From IMG/VR virus record IMGVR_UViG_3300044724_004122, positions 1 to 59,245 of that record: DNA of 59,245 nucleotides; one strand, given 5' to 3'. A program made the position numbers and the translations under genes. Below the pieces are notes generated by a model. It saw only the letters and a program-made list of their open reading frames with translations, was not told the origin of the DNA and made no database searches. Below are positions 25,608-32,672 of this stretch, one piece after another. Source of the stretch: a virus. Taxonomy: Duplodnaviria > Caudoviricetes. Position 1 is the first letter of the stretch. Each line of letters begins with the position of its first letter.

Positions 25608-25928
25608 TTATCGGGCATAAACAATGCCGTATGCAGTGCAAGTGTTGATGCGGTCCTCATCGGTGAGGTAGCCACGCACAGCAGTTTTTGTTTTGGTCTG
25701 TGGCGCTTTCCAAGTCGCAGCCTTCAAGATGGCTCCATCGTCCTTGCGAACAAAGCCAAAGACAGAAGTGGAACGACCAGAGGTAGTCCAGATTCGCCAA
25801 TACTTGCGACCGTTATCAACTCCAATTTCTGGAAGTTCAAGAGATGGGAAACGCTCCTTGTAGTGGTTATGAACCAGCGTCTCAATCTCGCTAACGAAGC
25901 CATCAAGTTGTTTTTGTAGATAATGCAT
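25608..25928 (-). CDS. Conserved phage protein
   Basis: GRKYWRI..SVFGFV..GAILKAATWKAP..RG motif recalled from T4-like phages; AGGAG RBS. Confidence 0.75.
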   Translation of the reverse strand: MHYLQKQLDGFVSEIETLVHNHYKERFPSLELPEIGVDNGRKYWRIWTTSGRSTSVFGFVRKDDGAILKAATWKAPQTKTKTAVRGYLTDEDRINTCTAYGIVYAR

Positions 25929-25939
25929 TCTTTTCTCCT

Positions 25940-26647
25940 TTATACCAACTCTTCTCGCAACCATTTTGCCTTTTCTGTTGCGCTATGAACCTTTTCCAAG
26001 AACTTGTCGTTCTCGCTCTCACTGTACTTTACAAGTTCTGTTCGCTTGACCTTTGTGGCTTCCACAGGCTGATAACTGGGAGCGACCATTGTTGTCCGAA
26101 CGTAGCCCCAATGACGAAGCAAAGTTTCAACCTTCTCGCGAAGTTGAATGGAGCGAACGCTATCCAGAACTTCTTTCTTTTTGTCCTCATCAATGTGCGG
26201 AGCCCAAGCGGTTACCTTCTCGCCGTTGGGCAGAGCAACACGCAACTTGGGCTCGTCGCCCAAGAAGGAAACATAGGTGTGGTCAAAGCCGTCGCAAACA
26301 AGACCAACAACAACGCCTGTCTGCCAATCGTTCCAGCCGGTCTCAGTGCGAACCACAGCACCACGACCGATGCCAAGTTTGCCACAGAGTTGAGACAGTG
26401 TTTTGGCTGACTCGTTGTCCCAGACTTGTAGGGCTGCTTTCTGTTTGGTCTTGACTTCGCAAGTGCGCTTGTTGTGTCCGCGCTCACCGCAGAAAGAGCA
26501 CTTTGTTGTCTTGCGGTCTTCAATCTCCATGGAGATGAAGGGGTGGTGAGAGTTTTTTTCCAAGTACCTTTTGTACCTCGCGCAAGTGCGTTTGTTGTGC
26601 CCTTCTTCGGCACACCAGCCACACCTCACTGTTCCGTTGTAACTCAC
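25940..26647 (-). CDS. Double CCHC zinc-knuckle protein, paralog 3
   Basis: CGWCAEEGHNKRTC and CSFCGERGHNKRTC; GTG start after GGAGG. Confidence 0.85.
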   Translation of the reverse strand: MSYNGTVRCGWCAEEGHNKRTCARYKRYLEKNSHHPFISMEIEDRKTTKCSFCGERGHNKRTCEVKTKQKAALQVWDNESAKTLSQLCGKLGIGRGAVVRTETGWNDWQTGVVVGLVCDGFDHTYVSFLGDEPKLRVALPNGEKVTAWAPHIDEDKKKEVLDSVRSIQLREKVETLLRHWGYVRTTMVAPSYQPVEATKVKRTELVKYSESENDKFLEKVHSATEKAKWLREELV

Positions 26648-26672
26648 CTCAGCACCTCCATCTCTCAATAAC

Positions 26673-26700
26673 AGTATAGGACGCTAGAGGCGAATGTCAA
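26673..26700 (-). promoter_or_regulatory. sigma70-type early promoter
   Basis: TTGACA-N16-TATACT with GTCC. Confidence 0.8.
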
Positions 26701-26819
26701 GGGTCAAAGTCGGTAAATTCGCTTTTATTTACTAAAAAAAGGCGCAATAGGACATAACCTGTCGCACCCAAAAGAGTTAGGCTGAACAGAGCCCCAAGCC
26801 CAAACATTATCCATTTCAT
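26697..26819 (-). CDS. 40-aa membrane peptide (not in ORF track)
   Basis: MKWIMFGLGALFSLTLLGATGYVLLRLFLVNKSEFTDFDP; GAGGA RBS. Confidence 0.65.
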   Translation of the reverse strand: MKWIMFGLGALFSLTLLGATGYVLLRLFLVNKSEFTDFDP

Positions 26820-26820
26820 T

Positions 26821-27060
26821 TTATCCTCTGCGTAAGAATTCTATAGCGATGATGTCAACTCCATCACACCCTAGTATCTTAGCAAAGTTTACATTATCTG
26901 TCAACAAAAATAGCACTTTCTGTCCAGCGTAAGGGTGGCGTTCATACTCGCCTGTGACGCTCATTGTTAGCCACGGTGGGTCAAGTCTTTCTGCCCAAGG
27001 AACAACGGTCAGAAGTTCTCCTTTCTCAAACTCTGTGTCAAGATAGGGCTGCTCTATCAA
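26821..27060 (-). CDS. Hypothetical protein (KOW/SH3-like)
   Basis: TTG start overlapping upstream stop; FEKGELL. Confidence 0.55.
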   Translation of the reverse strand: MIEQPYLDTEFEKGELLTVVPWAERLDPPWLTMSVTGEYERHPYAGQKVLFLLTDNVNFAKILGCDGVDIIAIEFLRRG

Positions 27061-27212
27061 TTTTTCTTTTGACCTTTCTTGGAACGGGTGCGTTGGTTTT
27101 TACAAAACTGTTTCATTGTAAAACCTTTTGGATTATCACACTTTGCTTTGCGCCTTTTTCTTTCTTTCTCGGACCATTCCTCTTCAAGAGGATAAACCGA
27201 GTCGTCAAGCAT
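27057..27212 (-). CDS. 51-aa basic Cys-pair protein (not in ORF track)
   Basis: MLDDSVYPLEEEWSEKERKRRKAKCDNPKGFTMKQFCKNQRTRSKKGQKKN; WS..C.NPKGF...C motif recalled from phages. Confidence 0.7.
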   Translation of the reverse strand: MLDDSVYPLEEEWSEKERKRRKAKCDNPKGFTMKQFCKNQRTRSKKGQKKN

Positions 27213-27238
27213 TGGCTCACGGTAGGGTGGTGGAAACT

Positions 27239-28408
27239 TTAGTTTTTTTTTACTTTCTCGACAACACGCCGAGCAACTTCTTTCACGAGTTTCTTTTCTG
27301 CCTCGGTAAGTTCTGCACCGGCTTCTTTTGCTGTCGCAATAATGTCTGCGGCGGTTCTTGCCTCTTCACCCTTGGCTTTGCCACGGGCGGCTTTACCAAC
27401 TCTACCAGCGAGCGCGAGCAGGGACTTCTCTAAGTCTGCTTCATCTGTTATCTCTGCAATTCTATCGACCGCTTTTTTGACAGCGGCGTTTTCAAGGGCG
27501 ATTGGAGCGTCGATGGCAACTGTGTAAAAGTCTGTTAGTTCGTTGCCGAGGATACCCTTTGACATTTTTAGAAGAGCCTTCATGCCTTCGTAGAGGTCTT
27601 TGCCAACGGGGTTTGGAACGTCTTTTGGTGTAAGGAAGTCGCCTACTTCTTTTTTGAGGTTGGCAATAACTGTGTCCATTTGTTCAATAGAAACATTTAC
27701 ATCGCCCTTCACATCTAATACTTTTGAACGGGCGTAGGCAATCAACTCGCCTTCCTTGTCGTAGGAGTCCTCGTCAGAAAGGTTATAAACATTGTAGAAC
27801 ACGTCAGGGTTTAGAACTTTGGCGTAAGCCTGTCCTGCTGCCCACTGGTCATAGGCTTTATCCTCAACGACGTTTTTCTGGTAGTCGCTCCAAATTTTGT
27901 CAGTAATTTCTTCGCCAACTGTTCTGTCTCTTTTTTGGTCTCTGCCAATAGAAGTTTGCTTTGGTACTGAAACTTTGATGATGCCAACGTCATAGCCAAG
28001 TTCAATGAGTTGTTCCAGAACAGGAATCATTTTTTTAGTGTTCTCGCCAGTTGTATCAAAGTACAGTGGTTTTGCACGGTTGATGTATCCTGCGGCTTTT
28101 GACTTTGTTGCAATTTGAGCCAGCTTACGCATTTCTTGTTGTGCTGCGGCGATGGGGTCATCCTCATCCTGAATAAAGTTTAGTGGAAGACCAAAGCGTG
28201 GGAAAATGTCCTCGATAATCTCGTCTGGGTTGAGTGTGAAGCGACGAACTTCAGCCGGGATACCCAGAAGGTTCTTGGAAGTGAAACTTTTACCTGCACC
28301 GGCTGGTCCTGTCATTAGGATAGCCTTGAAGGGGTGCTTTTGTTTTTTGATTGAAACTTCTTGGAGCAAGTATTGCTCAACCATTTCACGGATAAGGTCT
28401 TTTTTCAT
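27239..28408 (-). CDS. Zeta-toxin-like P-loop kinase with type-B leader
   Basis: KAILMTGPAGAGKS, LNPDE, FDTTG, R.R.V; MKKDLIREMVEQYLLQE. Confidence 0.8.
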   Translation of the reverse strand: MKKDLIREMVEQYLLQEVSIKKQKHPFKAILMTGPAGAGKSFTSKNLLGIPAEVRRFTLNPDEIIEDIFPRFGLPLNFIQDEDDPIAAAQQEMRKLAQIATKSKAAGYINRAKPLYFDTTGENTKKMIPVLEQLIELGYDVGIIKVSVPKQTSIGRDQKRDRTVGEEITDKIWSDYQKNVVEDKAYDQWAAGQAYAKVLNPDVFYNVYNLSDEDSYDKEGELIAYARSKVLDVKGDVNVSIEQMDTVIANLKKEVGDFLTPKDVPNPVGKDLYEGMKALLKMSKGILGNELTDFYTVAIDAPIALENAAVKKAVDRIAEITDEADLEKSLLALAGRVGKAARGKAKGEEARTAADIIATAKEAGAELTEAEKKLVKEVARRVVEKVKKN

Positions 28409-28428
28409 TTTATGGACTCCTGTCCCAC

Positions 28429-28436
28429 TAAATAGT
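28429..28436 (-). promoter_or_regulatory. Putative late promoter motif ACTATTTA
   Basis: Upstream of the AGGAG RBS of the 28408 gene. Confidence 0.55.
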
Positions 28437-28452
28437 TTCTTTTTGTGTCAAA

Positions 28453-28554
28453 CTATTGTTCTTCTTTTATTTTTGCGAGGGCATACCAGAAGATGTTGTC
28501 GATAACAATACCAACAACAACACCGATAAAATAAACAATAAATGCATCGCTCAT
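28453..28554 (-). CDS. 33-aa membrane peptide (not in ORF track)
   Basis: MSDAFIVYFIGVVVGIVIDNIFWYALAKIKEEQ; ACTATTTAT (28559-28567) 4 nt upstream. Confidence 0.6.
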   Translation of the reverse strand: MSDAFIVYFIGVVVGIVIDNIFWYALAKIKEEQ

Positions 28555-28566
28555 ACAAATAAATAG

Positions 28567-28731
28567 TTATTCAGCGTCTGTTTTCTCTGCCCACTTCTTA
28601 CACTCTGAAACTTCAACAAGAGTTCCATTTATTTCTTTTACTTCTGTTTTCGTTTTGATGCAGACCCTGTTGTTTTCTGGTGTGTCGGAGCAAGATGACA
28701 ATAGTGCCAAGACAAGGATAAGATGTTTCAT
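28567..28731 (-). CDS. Small lipoprotein
   Basis: MKHLILVLALLSSC lipobox; GTATTTAT 3 nt upstream. Confidence 0.7.
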   Translation of the reverse strand: MKHLILVLALLSSCSDTPENNRVCIKTKTEVKEINGTLVEVSECKKWAEKTDAE

Positions 28732-28745
28732 ACAATAAATACAAC

Positions 28746-28767
28746 GAAGGGGGCTTTCACCCCCTTC
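28746..28767 (-). terminator. Stable hairpin, probable terminator
   Basis: GAAGGGGG-TGAAAG-CCCCCTTC; weak U tract. Confidence 0.5.
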
Positions 28768-28839
28768 CCCCAATTCACTTGGCTGGGGTATGACCTACTA
28801 TCACCTGTGTAATGTGCGTGTGCTAATAACTAGGGGTTA

Positions 28840-29232
28840 TCATCCCGTTTCATCTTCAACCCAAACTCGTAGTAAAATGCGGTCGCCAACTTTACCTTTG
28901 CGACCATGACGACAGAACCTGTTGTCAAAGATAATTGCTTGACCTTTCTTCAAGTTTATTTCTTTGACCTCGCCGCCATCTTCAATAAGGGTCATCGCTT
29001 CGCCCTCACGAATACAATAAAGTCCAACCCAATCAATGCTATGCTCGATTGCTTTTGCTATTGAATAGTCGCCGTCTCTGTGAAGCGGTAGGTCAATCTC
29101 TCGTCTGCTTCCTCGCTTACCGCTGCCTTCATCAAAGACACCGACCAAAGAGCATTCAACAGGTTTGCCTAACCTCAGCATCTCCAAAAGGAAATCGTCT
29201 GCTGTTGTGTTTTCAATTATTTTATAATTCAT
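28840..29232 (-). CDS. Minimal TauD/TfdA-like 2OG-Fe(II) dioxygenase
   Basis: LPLHRDG, GLYCI, GQAIIFDN...HGR, RILLRVW. Confidence 0.75.
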   Translation of the reverse strand: MNYKIIENTTADDFLLEMLRLGKPVECSLVGVFDEGSGKRGSRREIDLPLHRDGDYSIAKAIEHSIDWVGLYCIREGEAMTLIEDGGEVKEINLKKGQAIIFDNRFCRHGRKGKVGDRILLRVWVEDETG

Positions 29233-29444
29233 TCTTTCTTTTCCTCACGAAATATTCCGTTCTCTTCAATAAGAACCATAACTTCGTATTCATAGGTGAG
29301 GAGGCTCCACAACACTCTTCCAACAACAGAACACTCTTTTCCAAAATAACCTTTGAGCCACTGATGCCGCTCCCAAGAGTTAGGCATAGGAACAAAAATA
29401 GAACCTGCTTCGTTGTTGGTTCTTATGAACTGACATTGTTTCAT
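29229..29444 (-). CDS. Hypothetical protein
   Basis: Start moved to MKQCQF downstream of AGGA. Confidence 0.55.
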   Translation of the reverse strand: MKQCQFIRTNNEAGSIFVPMPNSWERHQWLKGYFGKECSVVGRVLWSLLTYEYEVMVLIEENGIFREEKKE

Positions 29445-29528
29445 TTCATCGTCCTGTGGCGAGCAACCGCCCACTCGCCTGCTGTTTCCAGCCCACCCGC
29501 TACAAGCGGGGTAACTTCATTTGGTACA

Positions 29529-29557
29529 ATTCTACTCCATCTGGCGCTAGGTGTCAA
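29529..29557 (-). promoter_or_regulatory. sigma70-type promoter
   Basis: TTGACA-N17-TAGAAT. Confidence 0.75.
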
Positions 29558-30483
29558 CCTTTTTGTCCAAGCAACTCTCGCATTTTGAAGAGCGATAATT
29601 CTTTTCGTTTGCTTTCTAACATAACATCTACATCATAACCATAGGTCTCCACAGGAAGCCAATAAGAGTCGCTGTGAGCCTTTGCCATGATAGAGGGGTC
29701 TCCCTGCTCTTCTGCGCGGGACTGCGAATAGTGAATAACTGGCTTCACATCACCCCAGGTCTTTACAGCCAGACCAATAGCATCTTCGGCTGAGAGCCCA
29801 CCGGGGCAGAAAGTATGGTGGTGAAGGTCATGGACAACAGGAATGCCGATGCGTGAATGAACTTTCTCTACCAACTCACGAGTAGAATACATGCTCGCAC
29901 GGTCGTCGTTCTCGACTGTTAGGCGAGTCTTTACTGACTCTGGAAGGCGATGAAAGTTCTCACAGAAGCGAGCAAGAGCAGCGGGCTTGTCGCCGTATGT
30001 TGCGCCAACGTGAATGTTGATTTTGGCATACGGTGTGCGAGGCTGGTCAAGCAAGTCCATAACCTCACCGTGGATAGAGAGGTCTTTGATAGTGTTCAGT
30101 ACGACGTTTTCTTTGTTGCTCGTTAGGACGTTGAAAGGTCCAGGGTGGAACGAAAGACGCTGACCATACTGCTTGGCTTTGTTGCCTGCGCGGTGTAGCA
30201 CCTCTGCGATGCGCTCGTAGTCGGGCAATGCTTTGATGCCATGCTCTGACGCCCACGGAAAAAGTTCTGAGGACATGCGAAAGAACTTGATGTTGTTCTG
30301 CTCGTTCCACTCAATAATCTTTTCTAAGTCCTCGCAGTTTTTGAGAGACAGTTCTGACGCATACGCCACACCTTTTTGCAGGTATGTGCGCTTTATCATA
30401 GAACGGTTGGTGGTGACTTTCTTTTGTCCTCTCGGCAAGTTCTTTGAGAGGGACATATTGATGCACGCATAGCCAAGGTTCAT
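29554..30483 (-). CDS. uvsE: UV-damage endonuclease
   Basis: LGYACIN, FFRMSS, SFHPG, INIHVG, LTVENDD, D.HHH, IHYS, AHSD, MLESK. Confidence 0.93.
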   Translation of the reverse strand: MNLGYACINMSLSKNLPRGQKKVTTNRSMIKRTYLQKGVAYASELSLKNCEDLEKIIEWNEQNNIKFFRMSSELFPWASEHGIKALPDYERIAEVLHRAGNKAKQYGQRLSFHPGPFNVLTSNKENVVLNTIKDLSIHGEVMDLLDQPRTPYAKINIHVGATYGDKPAALARFCENFHRLPESVKTRLTVENDDRASMYSTRELVEKVHSRIGIPVVHDLHHHTFCPGGLSAEDAIGLAVKTWGDVKPVIHYSQSRAEEQGDPSIMAKAHSDSYWLPVETYGYDVDVMLESKRKELSLFKMRELLGQKG

Positions 30484-30746
30484 AGTTTCTCCATACAAGT
30501 CAAGGGGAGATAGTCCTTCCTCCCGTCAGCATAAACAACGTCTGCTCGCCACCAGGGCTTGGCAATAACTGAGGAAGTGCCATCCACATATTGTACTTTT
30601 CTTTCAGGCACGAGGGAAACATCAAGAACAACACCGTAGTTTTTCTCAACGGTACGGCAGCCAAAAATAGAATAACCCCAGCGGTTGTGGATAAAACCGT
30701 CTCCGCGTTTGAAGTTGTCTTTGCGTGACCAACCGTGGTGTTTCAT
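30480..30746 (-). CDS. Hypothetical protein (KOW/SH3-like)
   Basis: FKRGDG..YGVVLDV; first gene after promoter. Confidence 0.6.
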   Translation of the reverse strand: MKHHGWSRKDNFKRGDGFIHNRWGYSIFGCRTVEKNYGVVLDVSLVPERKVQYVDGTSSVIAKPWWRADVVYADGRKDYLPLTCMEKL

Positions 30747-30765
30747 TTCCTCACCTCACATACAC

Positions 30766-30793
30766 AAGATAGCACAGTGAGAGTAAATGTCAA
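30766..30793 (-). promoter_or_regulatory. sigma70-type early promoter
   Basis: TTGACA-N16-TATCTT with TG extension. Confidence 0.7.
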
Positions 30794-30796
30794 GGG

Positions 30797-31138
30797 TTAT
30801 TTCCAATAAACTTGAATAAAAATTATCAAAATAGAAAGAAACATTGAGACTAAAACCTTTGGTTCCAGAAAAGATTCTTTCATAAAAACATAAGTTAAAA
30901 TAGGAAACACAAAATAAGACGCAGCAAAAGCCAGGAAACGAACTGACCATGCTGAACCAAGTGCTTGGTAGCCATAACGCGAAGACCACCAGAACAATAG
31001 TGTCGCTGGTGGTCCAAGCAATAGCGCTGTGGCTAACGGTCGTTTGCTCCATTCCTCCCATACGAACTGCCCATTGTATGTGAACCAAGTAATGGCATGG
31101 GCAGAAGCCATTAGGAGAAGAGCAATAATTAATTTCAT
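30797..31138 (-). CDS. Four-TM small membrane protein (SMR/EamA-like)
   Basis: 113 aa, four hydrophobic helices, F.E before the last helix. Confidence 0.65.
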   Translation of the reverse strand: MKLIIALLLMASAHAITWFTYNGQFVWEEWSKRPLATALLLGPPATLLFWWSSRYGYQALGSAWSVRFLAFAASYFVFPILTYVFMKESFLEPKVLVSMFLSILIIFIQVYWK

Positions 31139-31392
31139 AACTTATCTGCGACTGACTCAGGTGAGCCAATCACTTGTAAGTAGTCCGTTGCTGCCCCTAC
31201 TCCAAGAAGACGAATCTTAGAAAACACAGTATTGGCACTTAGCCCTTCGGGGAACTGGTCCTTGTTATCCCTGAAAAACTCTGCCATGTTCTCGTCTTCT
31301 TCGACAGAGATAATGTTAAATCCGCTCACCCACGTCTCTTTTAGGGAAAAACCCTGGGTAGAATTCCTTCTCAACTGAACTAGCCTGACCAT
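31135..31392 (-). CDS. Hypothetical protein
   Basis: GGAGG RBS; VIGSPESVADKL. Confidence 0.65.
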   Translation of the reverse strand: MVRLVQLRRNSTQGFSLKETWVSGFNIISVEEDENMAEFFRDNKDQFPEGLSANTVFSKIRLLGVGAATDYLQVIGSPESVADKL

Positions 31393-31600
31393 TATTCCTC
31401 CATTTTTTTACGTCTGCTGTTTTTACTGTTACCAACTCACCAGCAAGATAAACCGTTGATAAGTTATCATCCATTTCTACTAAAATACCACGCAAAGGCT
31501 CTGGGGTTGAAGCTGGTAGTGCCACCTTGCTTCTAAACTCTTTTGGAACACTTATCCTCGTATTCTGTGGTATGTAAACTAAGTCACCCTTCTTCACCAT
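31316..31600 (-). CDS. KOW/SH3-like protein
   Basis: MVKKGDLVYIP; GGAGG RBS. Confidence 0.65.
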   Translation of the reverse strand: MVKKGDLVYIPQNTRISVPKEFRSKVALPASTPEPLRGILVEMDDNLSTVYLAGELVTVKTADVKKWRNNGQASSVEKEFYPGFFPKRDVGERI

Positions 31601-31910
31601 TTGGTCCCTCCGTTAGCAACTCCCTTTGACTAGGGTTCGCAACAGTGGGGAGTTTTTGCTGAATATACCCTGCCAGCATCCTCTCTGTCTCGCCAAGGCG
31701 AGCATCAAGAAGATAAAGTGTCTTACGCAATTGGTCAATCTCCGCTACCATTTGTGCGGTAGGGGCGGTGCCATTGTGTAGACTATTATTTACAGAAGCA
31801 CGAGTGTAGTCAATGTGTTTAACTGCCTCGTTCATTCTTTCATCTAGAAGCACGGCGCACTTAGATGGTATTTCATCCAAGTCCACCGTTAAAGTTATTT
31901 GAACATTCAT
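31584..31910 (-). CDS. Hypothetical coiled-coil protein
   Basis: 108 aa, GGAG RBS. Confidence 0.7.
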   Translation of the reverse strand: MNVQITLTVDLDEIPSKCAVLLDERMNEAVKHIDYTRASVNNSLHNGTAPTAQMVAEIDQLRKTLYLLDARLGETERMLAGYIQQKLPTVANPSQRELLTEGPNGEEG

Positions 31911-31921
31911 TTATTTCTCCA

Positions 31922-32596
31922 TTATTTCTTACCTTTGCGAACGTTTTTGAGCCAACGCTCTTCAAGTTCGATGACACCCAACTCAGGAGCAGCGGTACAC
32001 ATTACTTTGAGTACCTTGTAAAGCCCAGGGCGAACCACATGCTCTACAACCAGAACCTTTGTATTACGCAGACGTTTAGCGACGCCGATGGTCGCAATAC
32101 TGTGCGGGAGGTGGTTGTAGGTCAGAGTCTGACGAATCACAGCCTGCTCACCCTTCTGCCACTTGGCAGGGTCGCGGTAAGCCTTGATGGCTTTCTGTGC
32201 ATACTTGTTGAGAACAATCTTTTTGTACTCGTCCTCAGTAGGAATGTAGTCAGGGTCGGTTAACACCTTGTCTGAAAGGTGTTGAAAGTAAGGGGTCGTT
32301 TTATAGTATTTAGCAGCAAGAACTGCAAGTTCCCGCATTTCCTCAGTAAAGTTTGTTTCCCATTGCTCATTGGGCAAACACTGTCGCTCAATGTTTTTGA
32401 GAAAGTTTTCTTGACCGGGAGTCAAGCAAGACTTATCATTGATGTAGTTCTCAAAAGAATCAAGAACCTCCGTGAACTTGGGGGTCAAACGACCACCGTC
32501 ACGGAGGGCTTGAATACGTTGTTTCACTTCGGAGACACGCTCTGACGCCCAGGCTTCAGGAGCGGGGCGCTTTGTGTATCGTCGGTAGTATCCCAT
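31922..32596 (-). CDS. Hypothetical early protein
   Basis: Start MGYYRRY after AGGAG, first gene after promoter. Confidence 0.7.
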   Translation of the reverse strand: MGYYRRYTKRPAPEAWASERVSEVKQRIQALRDGGRLTPKFTEVLDSFENYINDKSCLTPGQENFLKNIERQCLPNEQWETNFTEEMRELAVLAAKYYKTTPYFQHLSDKVLTDPDYIPTEDEYKKIVLNKYAQKAIKAYRDPAKWQKGEQAVIRQTLTYNHLPHSIATIGVAKRLRNTKVLVVEHVVRPGLYKVLKVMCTAAPELGVIELEERWLKNVRKGKK

Positions 32597-32624
32597 AACT
32601 TCACTCCTCTCAACTCTCAATAAC

Positions 32625-32652
32625 AGTATAGGACGTTTTCAGGGAATGTCAA
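32625..32652 (-). promoter_or_regulatory. sigma70-type early promoter
   Basis: TTGACA-N16-TATACT with GTCC. Confidence 0.8.
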
Positions 32653-32672
32653 GGGGAAAAGTGAAACTTTTT

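Noticed and set aside
23400-26647. Zinc knuckles as Gag of a retroelement or part of a DGR
   Set aside because: No reverse transcriptase, protease, integrase, LTRs or TR/VR pair in the window
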